Assembly (NCBI GenBank): GCA_017541375.1
Contig: JAFXZE010000007.1
Location: 128,989 to 192,988, forward strand
Origin: Clostridia bacterium
Lineage (GTDB): Bacteria > Bacillota > Clostridia > Christensenellales > UBA1242
Direction of reading: 5' to 3'
Length of the DNA: 64,000 nt
This document shows, piece after piece, positions 19,778 to 30,171 of the stretch. The notes beneath the pieces were generated by a model, which had not been told where the DNA came from, ran no database searches, and saw only the letters and a program-made list of their open reading frames with translations. The position numbers and the translations under genes were made by a program. Each line of letters begins with the position of its first letter. The first letter of the stretch is position 1.

Positions 19778-19883
19778 TTTATCCTCAATAAAGTTTTTCC
19801 ATATTATACTATAACTCTCAAAATTTATCAATAAAAAAACTATAAAATTTGTCGAATTGAATATACTATAAAGAGAGGAAAAC

Positions 19884-22139
19884 ATGAGTAAAATACTAAG
19901 AATACTTTCACTTTTGGGTGTGCTATCTATATTTATGCTTATTAGCATGTGCATATTTGTTGTAATTTGCCTAATTAGCACTAGCTCAATTTCATTAGAT
20001 ATTGATAAATTAAATAGCATCACAACAAAGATGCATATATTAGATTCTGATGGAGAAAAAATTGCACAAACAAACAATCAAGGCTCCCGCAACATAGATT
20101 TAAGTGCTCTTCCAGCTTTCGTTCCACAAGCCTTCATTAGTACAGAGGACAAAACTTTTTACCAGCATAATGGTTTAAATTATCCAAGAATTATAAAGGC
20201 TAGCCTCAAAAACATGATTAGTGGCTCTTTAAAAGAAGGAGCCTCAACAATTACACAACAACTGATAAAAAACACTCATCTAAACAGTGAAAAAACACTA
20301 AAACGCAAAGTTATCGAGGCTATTTTAGCAATTAAGCTAGAAAAGAAGTATTCTAAAAATGAAATTTTAAACACATATTTAAACGCCATCTACTTTGGAG
20401 CAAATGCCTATGGAATAGAAAATGCTTCATGGAAATATTTCAACCATTCAGCCACACAGCTTTCCATAGCAGAAAGTGCATTATTAGCCGGTATTATAAA
20501 ATCCCCTAAAACATATTCACCTATAACTAATCAAAATAACAGTTTATCAAGGCGTAATTTTGTCCTAAAAGAGATGTTAAATCAGCATGCTATCTCAAAA
20601 GCTGAATACAATCAAGCGATCAATACTCCGATACAACTTAATCTTTCATCTTCTCAAAATGATGAATTATATTCGTTAGTTATAGATGAAGCTATGGAAA
20701 AACTAAACTATAGTGAAAAAGATATTTCCACCATGGGATTGAAAATTTACACTTATTTTGATAGTAATATGCAAAAAGCTATTGATAAATTGATTTTAGA
20801 CGAACAAATAGAGCATTCTTTTGTAATATTTGATAATAAAACAAACGGAATAGTTGCCTTAAAAGGCAATATAAAAGCCAATCACCAGGCAGGCAGTACG
20901 ATAAAACCTCTACTATGCTATGCTCCAGCTTTTGAAAAAGGAATACTTTCCCCCGCAAGTCCTATTTTAGATGAGAAAACAACTTTTAGCGAATATTCCC
21001 CTCACAATGTAGGCGATAAGTATTATGGTTGGGTTAGTGCTAGATTTGCGTTGAAAAACTCTCTAAATATTCCAGCAATCAAAGCTCTAAATTATGCCCA
21101 AATTGATTATTGCATAGATTTTGCAACCAAATTAGGGTTAAAATTCACTCCTAACGACAATCATTTAGCCCTAGCACTAGGTGCAAGCGAATATGGGCAG
21201 AGTTTACTTGATATAACAAATGCTTATGCCTGTTTTTCTCGATTAGGAGAGTATGATTCACCACATTTTATCAAAAGAATTGAGTCTAACACCGGAAAGA
21301 TTTTATTTAGCGGTTCTCCTCAATTTAAGCAAATATTTAGTGATGCAACGGCATTTTTAATTAATGACATCCTTCAAGATGCGGTGGATAGTGGAACTGC
21401 TAAAAAATTGAGTAGTTTGGATATGAAACTATGCGCAAAAACTGGTACTGTTGGAAGTAGCAATAATAAAACAAATACAGATGCATGGTGTATATCATAT
21501 AACCCCCAATTCACTCTAGGCGTTTGGTGCGGTAATGCTTCTCAAATTTCTGAGCATAACCTCTCCCCTACTCAAAATGGCGGTACAATTGCAGCTACCC
21601 TTAGTTATTTAGTTTGGGATAAACTAAATAATGAATCTACTTTTATTCAAGAATATTCCCCTCCAAGTAGTGTAAAACTTGTAAATCTAGATGCCATATC
21701 AAAGCAAAATCAGAAATTGGAACAAGCATCAGAAAATACTCCGCCAATGTATATTGAAACTGATTATTTTAATAAAAACTATATTCCTAAAACAATAAGC
21801 GATAGATTTATTATTCCACCTACTACAGAACTAAAAACTACTATTAATGAAGACTCTATAGAATTTTATTGGGAAGGATTGGAGTATTTAAATTATGAAT
21901 TATGGTACAAAAATGATAGGTATAGCTACAAAATTTGTTCACTTACCGGCAAAAATAAAACACTATCTTACATATTTATGCAACCATCTACAACTACTGA
22001 ATTTTGGCTTATAGCCAAATTTAATATAGATAATTCTCCTGAAAGTAAAAGTAACTCAATTACTTGGAAAGCGGAATCAAGTAAAAAACTAAATAAAAAA
22101 ATTCTACACAATTGGTTAAAAAAGAGCTTAGAAATTTGA
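19884..22139 (+). CDS. class A penicillin-binding protein (glycosyltransferase/transpeptidase)
   Basis: N-terminal TM. GT51 motifs EDKTFYQHNG and GASTITQQL. Transpeptidase motifs STIKP (SxxK), SLN (SxN) and KTGT. Confidence 0.9.
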   Translation: MSKILRILSLLGVLSIFMLISMCIFVVICLISTSSISLDIDKLNSITTKMHILDSDGEKIAQTNNQGSRNIDLSALPAFVPQAFISTEDKTFYQHNGLNYPRIIKASLKNMISGSLKEGASTITQQLIKNTHLNSEKTLKRKVIEAILAIKLEKKYSKNEILNTYLNAIYFGANAYGIENASWKYFNHSATQLSIAESALLAGIIKSPKTYSPITNQNNSLSRRNFVLKEMLNQHAISKAEYNQAINTPIQLNLSSSQNDELYSLVIDEAMEKLNYSEKDISTMGLKIYTYFDSNMQKAIDKLILDEQIEHSFVIFDNKTNGIVALKGNIKANHQAGSTIKPLLCYAPAFEKGILSPASPILDEKTTFSEYSPHNVGDKYYGWVSARFALKNSLNIPAIKALNYAQIDYCIDFATKLGLKFTPNDNHLALALGASEYGQSLLDITNAYACFSRLGEYDSPHFIKRIESNTGKILFSGSPQFKQIFSDATAFLINDILQDAVDSGTAKKLSSLDMKLCAKTGTVGSSNNKTNTDAWCISYNPQFTLGVWCGNASQISEHNLSPTQNGGTIAATLSYLVWDKLNNESTFIQEYSPPSSVKLVNLDAISKQNQKLEQASENTPPMYIETDYFNKNYIPKTISDRFIIPPTTELKTTINEDSIEFYWEGLEYLNYELWYKNDRYSYKICSLTGKNKTLSYIFMQPSTTTEFWLIAKFNIDNSPESKSNSITWKAESSKKLNKKILHNWLKKSLEI

Positions 22140-23285
22140 AATAGTAACTATCTCTTCTGATTCTAAACTCTTTTTTATTAATGTTTCTATATCCAATTTT
22201 TCTTCTTCACGAAGTACTTTTTCAATTTTAGGTTTCGTTACAGGGCTTTTGGGTAAAAACACTGTACAGCAGTCCTCATAAGGCATAATACTTGTTTCAT
22301 AAGTATCAATTTTTTGAGCAATAGCTATAATTTCTTCTTTATCAAATCCAATCAACGGTCTAAATACAGGAATATTTACCACAGAATTGGTTATCCCTAT
22401 GCTTTGTAAAGTTTGACTAGCTACTTGTCCTAAGCTTTCACCCGTTATAAGAGCTCCACAGTCGTTGTTTTGAGCAATAATTTGTGAAATACGCATCATC
22501 ATACGCCTAAGTAAAGTAATCATAAAGTCGCCATCACATTTTTTGTGTATTTCTTCTTGAATATGAGTTACAGAAACGATATGAAGCTTGATTGTATTTG
22601 TGTATGCACATAGTTTTTTGGCTAGCATTTCCACTTTATTGCGAGCCAATTCGCTAGTATAGGGATAGCTATGAAAATGTATAGCCTCAATTGTTAAACC
22701 ACGCTTAGCAAGAAAATATGTAGCTACAGGACTATCAATTCCACCACTTAGTAATACCAAACCTTTCCCCGCGCTTCCTAAAGGCATTCCACCTACGCAT
22801 TTTATATAAGAAGTGGAAATGTATGTATATCCATTTTCTCTTATATCGACATTCACATCCACCTCTGGAGTAGTTAAATTCACCTTAGAATTAGGATTAT
22901 TCTTTCCTATTATATCACCTAAGATAATATTCAATTGCATAGATTTTATAGGAAATATTTTACTTGCCCTGTTTGTACTCACTCTAAATGACTTATTATT
23001 TAGTTTTATCGATTCACAAAAAGAGCAAATATTTTCTTTGCTCGTTTCTATTCTTTCCGCCACAGATAAGGAGTAAATACCAAAAACTTTGGTCAATCTA
23101 TTTACTATTGCTTGCTCCTGTTCTTGATCATAATCGCTTATTTCTAGTCTTCCGCTTATGGTGTGTAGTTTGTGTTTAAGTCCTGTAAGAGTATAAACAA
23201 TATTATCCTTAAGTTTTTTCTCAAAGGAACCTCTATTTTTACCTTTTAAAAATATTTCATCATATCTAATTAAAATTACATTCAT
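22128..23285 (-). CDS. thiI: tRNA 4-thiouridine synthase ThiI
   Basis: 385 aa. THUMP-like N-terminal region. PP-loop LLSGGIDSPVA. Confidence 0.9.
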   Translation of the reverse strand: MNVILIRYDEIFLKGKNRGSFEKKLKDNIVYTLTGLKHKLHTISGRLEISDYDQEQEQAIVNRLTKVFGIYSLSVAERIETSKENICSFCESIKLNNKSFRVSTNRASKIFPIKSMQLNIILGDIIGKNNPNSKVNLTTPEVDVNVDIRENGYTYISTSYIKCVGGMPLGSAGKGLVLLSGGIDSPVATYFLAKRGLTIEAIHFHSYPYTSELARNKVEMLAKKLCAYTNTIKLHIVSVTHIQEEIHKKCDGDFMITLLRRMMMRISQIIAQNNDCGALITGESLGQVASQTLQSIGITNSVVNIPVFRPLIGFDKEEIIAIAQKIDTYETSIMPYEDCCTVFLPKSPVTKPKIEKVLREEEKLDIETLIKKSLESEEIVTISNF

Positions 23286-23288
23286 ATT

Positions 23289-24413
23289 TTATCCTATCAA
23301 AGTTGAAATTTCTTTTTTTACTGCATTTACAAAGTCAATTACTTCACTTTCTGTATTAAACTCACTAAAACTAACTCGAATATTTCCAAGGAGAAGTTCA
23401 CTAGCCAATTTCATCTCATTAAGAACACGATTGCCAATTTTTTTTGAACTGCAAGCACTTCCTGTGGAAATGCAAATATCATATTTTTCTAAACTATGCA
23501 AAAGAACTTCTCCTCTTATCATGGGGAAAGAGATACTTACTATATTAGATAGAGCTAAATCAGAGCTATTTAACACAAATTTTAACCCACTTTCATCCAA
23601 CAAAGTTAGCAATTTTTTCTTTAATCCATCGATATGCTTGCGTTTTTTATCAAAATCAGCATACATCAATTCACTAGCTAAAACAAAACCTAATATCCCT
23701 GCGGGATTTTCAGTACCAGAGCGCAATCCATTTTCTTGGCCGCCACCAAATATAATAGGTTTTAGATTAATTCCTGACTTTACATATAGCGCCGCCACAC
23801 CTTTTGGACCATGAATTTTGTGAGCACTCATTGTGTACATATCTACTTGCCAATCTAGTAGATTTTCTTTTATTTTCCCCCAAGCTTGCACCCCATCAGA
23901 ATGAAAAATACAGCTTTTATTAATTGATTTAACAACTTTACCTATTTGTTTTAGATCATTTATTGCACCAGTTTCGTTGCTTACATGAATAACCGACACT
24001 ACCCCTACCTCAGCGCTCATTTTAGCTTTTAAATCCTCTATGGATAGCGTACCATCTTTATTTATATCTATAAAATCAACCTCAAAACCTGAATTAACTA
24101 GATTTTTCGCAGTTTCAAATACTGAGGGATGTTCTCCTTTTGATATGAGAATCTTCTTATTTTTTCTACTAGATCCTATCAATGCTAGATTATTAGCTTC
24201 TGTAGCACTTCCCGTAAAGATTATATTGTCATTTTGGTTGCCTTGCAAGAGTTTAATCATTCGTTGCTTACCATCCAATATATCATTCTTTACTTTTACT
24301 GCATAGCCATAAACACTAGAGGGGTTAAAAAAGTGATTTATGCTATATTCATGTATGAAGTCAGCAACTTCTGGCCTAATTTTTGTGGTTGCGGAATTGT
24401 CAAAATAAATCAT
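23289..24413 (-). CDS. cysteine desulfurase (NifS/IscS/NifZ-like), ThiI partner
   Basis: 374 aa. PLP lysine in SAHKIHGPKG. Active-site loop SSGSACSS-like (STGSACSSK). Directly upstream of thiI. Confidence 0.85.
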   Translation of the reverse strand: MIYFDNSATTKIRPEVADFIHEYSINHFFNPSSVYGYAVKVKNDILDGKQRMIKLLQGNQNDNIIFTGSATEANNLALIGSSRKNKKILISKGEHPSVFETAKNLVNSGFEVDFIDINKDGTLSIEDLKAKMSAEVGVVSVIHVSNETGAINDLKQIGKVVKSINKSCIFHSDGVQAWGKIKENLLDWQVDMYTMSAHKIHGPKGVAALYVKSGINLKPIIFGGGQENGLRSGTENPAGILGFVLASELMYADFDKKRKHIDGLKKKLLTLLDESGLKFVLNSSDLALSNIVSISFPMIRGEVLLHSLEKYDICISTGSACSSKKIGNRVLNEMKLASELLLGNIRVSFSEFNTESEVIDFVNAVKKEISTLIG

Positions 24414-24424
24414 TCTTCCGCCTC

Positions 24425-26797
24425 CTAGCCTCGAAGTTTAGCATCAAACTTTGCTGTGAGTTGACGAACAATATTATCAAAAGTAATGTTTACTTCATCT
24501 TGAGTCATAGTTACATCAGGCTTTCTAAAAGTTAGTTTAAATGCCACATTTTTCTTACCTTTATCGATCTCATTTCCGATATAAACATCAAATAATTCAG
24601 CATTTTCTAACCATTCTCCACCAGCACGATTAATAACATTGACTAATTCCCCTACAGCTACATTTTCATTAACCAACACTGCTAAATCCCTCATAGAAGC
24701 TGGATGTTTAGGAATCGGCTTTATTTTTTTTGATTTTTTAAGAGGTAAAACGCTCAAATTTAATTCAAAATAATAACAATCAGTATTTATATCAAAGTTT
24801 TTGAGTACTTGTGGATGAATTTTACCAATTAATCCAATCGTTTTATTAGCCCATTTTAAGCTTGCAGTCATGTTTGGATGCATAAATGATAAATTAATAG
24901 GCTCATAGTTTAGAGTTATTCCAAGATTATTGGCTACTATTTCTAGTGTTGATTTTACATCAAAAAATGTAACTTTCTGCGTAGTAATGTAACTTAGCAT
25001 ATTTTGCTCTATAAATAGATTTTTGTCATTACGTTTGTTGACAAACACTTTACCAACTTCAAACAACTGAAAATCTTTATTTTGCCTATTTAAGTTAAAT
25101 CTCACTACATCTAACACACTACCAAGCATTTCTGTGCGCATTATGCTATAGTCTTTACTTAAAGGATTGGCTATAGTGATTACATTACGCAATTCACTTT
25201 CTTTTTCTATAAGTAGTTTATCAAGCTCCGTTGGTGAGCGGAAAGTGTATGTACGAATCTGATGAGCGCCTAGTGCTAACATGCTACGAGTTGCAATATT
25301 TTCTTTGTTTTGCTCTCCATCAACTCCACCAATAGTCGCTGATACTCCTTCACATTTTTGAGGTTGAATTTTATCAAAGCCGTAAAATCTAATTATTTCC
25401 TCAATCAAATCCACATCACGCTCAATATCAGCTCTGATAGCAGGTACTTCACAATTTATTACATTATTTTTCTTTGTCGCTTTTATACCTAAACTCTTTA
25501 GAGTATTTATAGCAAATTGAGCAGGAATCTCAATACCTAGATTATCTTTTATAGAGTCTAATGACACACAAATAGTTCTTGATTTTGTCTCTACCTCTCC
25601 ACAAATTACGATTGGCTCTATTTCGCCTAGCTGAAATTCTTCAATCAAATGAAGAGCTCTATTTAATCCTCTAAGCGCAGAAACGCTTTCTACTCCACGC
25701 TCAAAACGAGCACTAGCATCAGTACGCAATCCTATTGCTCTCGCGCTTCGCCTTATACTTACTCTATCAAATATCGCACTCTCTAACACTACCGTGTGAG
25801 TATTTGGATTGATTGAAAATTCTTTTCCTCCCATAATGCCAGCCAAGCCAATTACTTGCTTGTCATTTGTAATAACCACATCATCTTTACTTAGTGTATA
25901 AGTCTTGTCATCTAGCGCTATTAATTTTTCGCCTTCTTGCGCTTGTCTTACAAATATCTTTCCACCCAATTTTTCATAATCAAAAGCATGAAGTGGCTGT
26001 CCCATTTCCCACAAAATATAATTTGTTAGGTCAATAAAATTATTTTTGGGATTTATACCTATTGATTTGAGGCGTTTTTGAATAATAGCTGGCGAAGGCG
26101 CAATATTTACGTTTTTAATTACACAACCTAAATATACTCCACAATTTGGAGTATTTACATCAATATCAAGTTTTACTGCTGTTTTCTTAGCCTCAACAAA
26201 ATCGGTCTTGGGCTCGATAAACTCTCTTCCCAGTCCTGTAGCAAGTTCTCTAGCAAGTTCTACGACACTTTGGCAATCTGGTCTATTAGGCAGTACTTTT
26301 AGGTCAAAAATTACATCATTTAAACCTAAAAAATCCGCAATATCTTGCCCAACTACAGCACTCTCATCGAGTATCATGATTCCATCCACATCAGCTGTTG
26401 GATAAATCGCCTTAGTTACTCCTAGCTCTTCGCCTCCACAAAGCATACCTTGTGAAATTTCGCCACGCATAACAGTTTCTTTTATCACCGCACCATTTGG
26501 AAGATGTGCTCCATCAAGACTTGCGGGCACATAAGCTCCCTCAAATACATTTGTTGCAGCAGTGAGAATCTGAACCTGTTTTTCTCCTATATCTATAGTA
26601 CAAATTTGAAGTCGTTCAGCATTAGGATGACGAGTTAATTTCACAATTTTGCCCACTTTTACATGGTCTAGTCCCTTACTCATCTTCTTCATTTCTTCGA
26701 CTTCGTATCCGATTTCAATAAATTTATCTGCAATATCCTTTGTACTTAGCCCTGACAAATCTACAAAATCTTTCAACCAATTTAATGTAACAATCAT
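24425..26797 (-). CDS. pheT: phenylalanine--tRNA ligase beta subunit
   Basis: 790 aa. MIVTLNWLKDF start, tRNA-binding domain, B3/4, B5 and FDX-ACB C-terminal layout. Confidence 0.95.
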   Translation of the reverse strand: MIVTLNWLKDFVDLSGLSTKDIADKFIEIGYEVEEMKKMSKGLDHVKVGKIVKLTRHPNAERLQICTIDIGEKQVQILTAATNVFEGAYVPASLDGAHLPNGAVIKETVMRGEISQGMLCGGEELGVTKAIYPTADVDGIMILDESAVVGQDIADFLGLNDVIFDLKVLPNRPDCQSVVELARELATGLGREFIEPKTDFVEAKKTAVKLDIDVNTPNCGVYLGCVIKNVNIAPSPAIIQKRLKSIGINPKNNFIDLTNYILWEMGQPLHAFDYEKLGGKIFVRQAQEGEKLIALDDKTYTLSKDDVVITNDKQVIGLAGIMGGKEFSINPNTHTVVLESAIFDRVSIRRSARAIGLRTDASARFERGVESVSALRGLNRALHLIEEFQLGEIEPIVICGEVETKSRTICVSLDSIKDNLGIEIPAQFAINTLKSLGIKATKKNNVINCEVPAIRADIERDVDLIEEIIRFYGFDKIQPQKCEGVSATIGGVDGEQNKENIATRSMLALGAHQIRTYTFRSPTELDKLLIEKESELRNVITIANPLSKDYSIMRTEMLGSVLDVVRFNLNRQNKDFQLFEVGKVFVNKRNDKNLFIEQNMLSYITTQKVTFFDVKSTLEIVANNLGITLNYEPINLSFMHPNMTASLKWANKTIGLIGKIHPQVLKNFDINTDCYYFELNLSVLPLKKSKKIKPIPKHPASMRDLAVLVNENVAVGELVNVINRAGGEWLENAELFDVYIGNEIDKGKKNVAFKLTFRKPDVTMTQDEVNITFDNIVRQLTAKFDAKLRG

Positions 26798-26809
26798 TTT
26801 TCCTTCCCT

Positions 26810-27931
26810 TTATTTTTTGTTAATTTCCTCAACTATATCGGCATAATGCTCTTTTACCACAGCAGGCAATTGTTCTATATCTAATTTTTCATTGTCACCT
26901 TTTTTAACAATCAACAAATCCTTTATGGCTTGTTTTATTTTTTTATCATTTTTAGCATCTTTTGCGTATGGAACAATATCTACTTCACCCGCTTTTATTC
27001 TTTCCACAAAATAAGTAGCTAAATTTTCTATTTTTTCTACACCAATTACTTTTACTTCGTTTGGTGAAACAAATTCTTGACTAGCATTCTCAGATTGCAT
27101 AAATCCAGAATTTTCTACTTCATATACAAAGCATGATTTATTTTTTAATACATCCTTTGATGCATCTGTGTAATATTCCTCAAAATAAGGTTTTAGACCA
27201 TTTATAGTGTTTTCTAATCCCAAACTACCATAATATTTATTATCAGAAAAATACTCTAAAATACCTAATATAGGATTGTTAGTTGCACACACATATTCCC
27301 CTTCTCCACAATTTATAGGTTTAAATTCCTTAATGTCAGCATCAGTAGAAATGATGTAATACTTTTGACTTTTAAGCAACTCTTCACGCAAAACATTATA
27401 ATACTCCATCCAATGTGCCCTAACTTCATCAGGAAGCATATCTGGAGTCATATTTATGTAACCAAATCGCAATAATCTATCTCTTATATGAGCTCGAATC
27501 ATATCTTCATATGCTCGATTATTTTCATAAAAATGAATTTTTAATGCCCCAGCTCGATTAGCTTTACGAAGATATAAACTTAAGTCGTTTATTATTACTG
27601 TTTTAATAACTTTAGTTCGTTTTGTAGATACATATTCATACTTAAAACTTGTTTTCCCAGATTCAAAACCAGAGTCTTTCAACTCATACAAGGCACTCTT
27701 TTTGTGTTTAAAGCATTCAGTAAATGCGCCTTTATATAACTCATACATCTGAGGAATATCATTTTCATCCACATCCACGATAAAATTAAAATCATTCACT
27801 TCCCCGCCAAAATAAGCTGATAATACGGGGTTTGTAGTTGCATAAACCCATCTTTGTCCATGAGTACTTACTCTAGGCTCCAACATTTTTATTGTAGTAT
27901 TCTTTGATCCATGGTAAAATTTTTTCTCCAT
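26810..27931 (-). CDS. hypothetical protein with internally duplicated domain, embedded in the pheST operon
   Basis: 373 aa. GGAGG overlaps the pheS stop region, 10 nt gap after pheS and 12 nt gap before pheT. Two homologous halves: FYHGS..IKMLEP..WVYATTNPVL..LYELKDSGF..YEYVS versus YYIIS..IKEFKP..YVCATNNPIL..VYEVENSGF..QEFVS. Confidence 0.65.
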   Translation of the reverse strand: MEKKFYHGSKNTTIKMLEPRVSTHGQRWVYATTNPVLSAYFGGEVNDFNFIVDVDENDIPQMYELYKGAFTECFKHKKSALYELKDSGFESGKTSFKYEYVSTKRTKVIKTVIINDLSLYLRKANRAGALKIHFYENNRAYEDMIRAHIRDRLLRFGYINMTPDMLPDEVRAHWMEYYNVLREELLKSQKYYIISTDADIKEFKPINCGEGEYVCATNNPILGILEYFSDNKYYGSLGLENTINGLKPYFEEYYTDASKDVLKNKSCFVYEVENSGFMQSENASQEFVSPNEVKVIGVEKIENLATYFVERIKAGEVDIVPYAKDAKNDKKIKQAIKDLLIVKKGDNEKLDIEQLPAVVKEHYADIVEEINKK

Positions 27932-27941
27932 GATTTCCTCC

Positions 27942-28970
27942 TTATCTAAATTGCTTTAATAAATTTATGTCATTTTCATATAAATCACGCATATCACTAA
28001 TGCCATATTTCATCATTGTAAGTCGCTCCAATCCAAAACCAGCTGCAAAACCTCGATAAACCTTACTATCCACATTACAGTTTTCTAGCACTTTAGGATT
28101 TACCATTCCAGCCCCCAACATCTCTACGAATCCGGTGTCTTTACACATTGAACATCCACCACATTTTCCGCCACACTTAGGGCAGCTAGCGTCCACCTCT
28201 ATACTAGGTTCTGTAAAAGGGAAGAAACTTGGACGCACCCTAATCTTGGTTTTTTCTCCCAAAATGTGTTTGAGTATTCCTTCAATAGTTCCAATACAAT
28301 CTGCCATACTCACATTTTTATCTACAACCAATATCTCTAGTTGAGAAAACATTGGAGAATGAGTCGCATCAATCTCATCAATTCGATAAACATTTCCCAT
28401 AGAAATCATTCTTATAGGTGGAGTCTGTGTTTCCATAACTCGAATTTGCATTGAAGAAGTCTGTGTGCGCAACACTGTTTCCTTATCGATATAAAAAGTG
28501 TCTTGCATCTCTCGTGCTGGATGATCTTTGGGGATATTTAGTGCCTCAAAGCAGTAGTAGTCTGATTCTATATCATATCCCGTATGAAGCGAAAAACCTT
28601 GACTTACTAAATACTCAATCAATTCTTGCTTCATCTTTTCCACTGGATGCATTCCTCCCCAAAGGGTGGGTTTTACAGGAATAGTAACATCAACCTTTTC
28701 GTTAGCCAAAGCCTCATCCATTGCAGCCTTTTCAAATTGATTAAACTTATCTTCAAATAAAGCTGTCAGCTCTTGCTTTAACTCGTTTAATCCTTGCCCC
28801 ATGCTCTTCTTTTTTTCTGGAGGCAAATCTTTTAATTCCTTCATTTTTTCTAAAACCAAACCATTTTTTCCCAAGAACTTAGCATTTGCCTGTTGTAACT
28901 CTAGCTTGTTTTGTACTTTACTGAGCTGTTCTTTGGCTTTGGTCAAAATATCTTTTATATCCTTTTCCAT
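27942..28970 (-). CDS. pheS: phenylalanine--tRNA ligase alpha subunit
   Basis: 342 aa. Class II motifs, including HPAREMQDTFY and GFAAGFGLERL. Confidence 0.96.
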   Translation of the reverse strand: MEKDIKDILTKAKEQLSKVQNKLELQQANAKFLGKNGLVLEKMKELKDLPPEKKKSMGQGLNELKQELTALFEDKFNQFEKAAMDEALANEKVDVTIPVKPTLWGGMHPVEKMKQELIEYLVSQGFSLHTGYDIESDYYCFEALNIPKDHPAREMQDTFYIDKETVLRTQTSSMQIRVMETQTPPIRMISMGNVYRIDEIDATHSPMFSQLEILVVDKNVSMADCIGTIEGILKHILGEKTKIRVRPSFFPFTEPSIEVDASCPKCGGKCGGCSMCKDTGFVEMLGAGMVNPKVLENCNVDSKVYRGFAAGFGLERLTMMKYGISDMRDLYENDINLLKQFR

Positions 28971-28989
28971 AAATCCTCCCTTATAAAAC

Positions 28990-29258
28990 TATATATAGAT
29001 GTTTTGAGAAAATAAAAATCTCCTCCCTTGCAATAGGACGAAGATTCTCCGTGGTACCACCTATCTTCTTACAAAAAAATTGTAAGCTCTTATAATGAGT
29101 ATAACGAACCCCAAACGCCTTTGCCTACTGCTATTATTTTCAGCAAAAGTGCTAAAAAGTGAATTCACTAACACCTTTTCCTAGGATATCTCACCGTCAT
29201 CCCTCTCTGTAAAGAAGTATGTTAGTTACTATTCTTTCTCACCGCATCTCTATTAAGT
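28990..29258 (-). promoter_or_regulatory. T-box leader (Phe specifier UUC) with terminator/antiterminator
   Basis: On the minus strand: AGAGA and AGTA elements, AGAGAG...GGTGA distal motifs, and specifier context GAA-UUC-A (plus 29161-29166). T-box AGGTGGTACCACGG at plus 29049-29062, overlapping the 5' arm of a terminator (AAUCUUCGUCC / GGGAGGAGAUU) followed by a U-run. Upstream promoter TAGACA-17-TATACT at 29266-29294. Confidence 0.8.
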
Positions 29259-29309
29259 TTGTCCTAGTATAACATAAAAAAAAATTTTTGTCTATAATTA
29301 AACAAAAAA

Positions 29310-30167
29310 TTATTTTTCTTTCTTTATTATTTTATACATCCTACTCATGATGGCGGCATCCATAGCTTGGGTACCACTAGACTCAGTAATAACTACCGGC
29401 TCTAAACCAAGGTCACACACAGCCTCCAGAAATGGTTCAGGCTCTGGTCCAAAACTAGTGTCTTCAAATGTAAGGTGCTTAATCTCTCCCTTAGCTCCAT
29501 ACATGATTTTGGAAAAATGTACATGCACATCTTTCATTTTATCAAATCCAATTTTATCAATGCCGAGTTGCAAAATCTTTTTAAAGTCATCTTTTGTGCG
29601 TAAAGCTCCCTGTAAAATGCAATTTATATGCCCAAAATCAAGTGTAGGAATCAAACAATCACTCCACGAACAAACTTCAAAAATTTCATCTACAGAGCCT
29701 ATTTGAGTGTATTTTCCCATAGTTTCTGGACAAAGAAAAACGCCATCATTTCTCTTTTCAAATTCCCGCACAAAATCTAAAAAATTAGTCTTTACATTAT
29801 TAAACGCTTCTTCTCTCGACATCTTCATTTGTGCTCCTATGTGAAACACGCAATGCCGTCCCCTTAGTTTTTTGAGCCCTTCCACGCTATTCATCATAAA
29901 CTTGTAATTATTCTCTCGAGAGCTGTCACTAGAATTGGCAAAATTAATATAAAATGGAGCATGTACACTAAACTCTATATCATATTTTTTCCCCTCTTCT
30001 ACAATTTTTTGTGCTGTTTTATCACTCAAAAATTGCCCTAATGTAAACGCATACTCAAAAGCATTTAGTCCTTGAGCATTTATCCATGCTGGCGCCTCAG
30101 CAGTTTCTTTATATCCCTCAGCGTAAAAAGCTTCGCTATTCCCTGATGGCCCAAATCTTATCATCAC
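29310..30167 (-). CDS. xylose-isomerase-like TIM-barrel protein (AP endonuclease 2 / sugar phosphate isomerase superfamily)
   Basis: 285 aa. IRFGPSGNS start, with alternating hydrophobic strand and His/Asp/Glu pattern (FSVHAPFYINF, VFHIG, LCPETMG, DFGH). Family-level call only. Confidence 0.5.
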   Translation of the reverse strand: MMIRFGPSGNSEAFYAEGYKETAEAPAWINAQGLNAFEYAFTLGQFLSDKTAQKIVEEGKKYDIEFSVHAPFYINFANSSDSSRENNYKFMMNSVEGLKKLRGRHCVFHIGAQMKMSREEAFNNVKTNFLDFVREFEKRNDGVFLCPETMGKYTQIGSVDEIFEVCSWSDCLIPTLDFGHINCILQGALRTKDDFKKILQLGIDKIGFDKMKDVHVHFSKIMYGAKGEIKHLTFEDTSFGPEPEPFLEAVCDLGLEPVVITESSGTQAMDAAIMSRMYKIIKKEK

Positions 30168-30171
30168 TACC

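Noticed and set aside
19778-20077. The 100-codon N-terminal extension of the miaB ORF (537 aa in the track), which overlaps the start of the PBP gene on the opposite strand.
   Set aside because: The extension is hydrophobic, low-complexity sequence with no MiaB similarity. The canonical MiaB N-terminus MEKYFIYTYGCQMN begins at 19777, and the PBP gene has its own RBS at 19884. This is a spurious upstream open frame.
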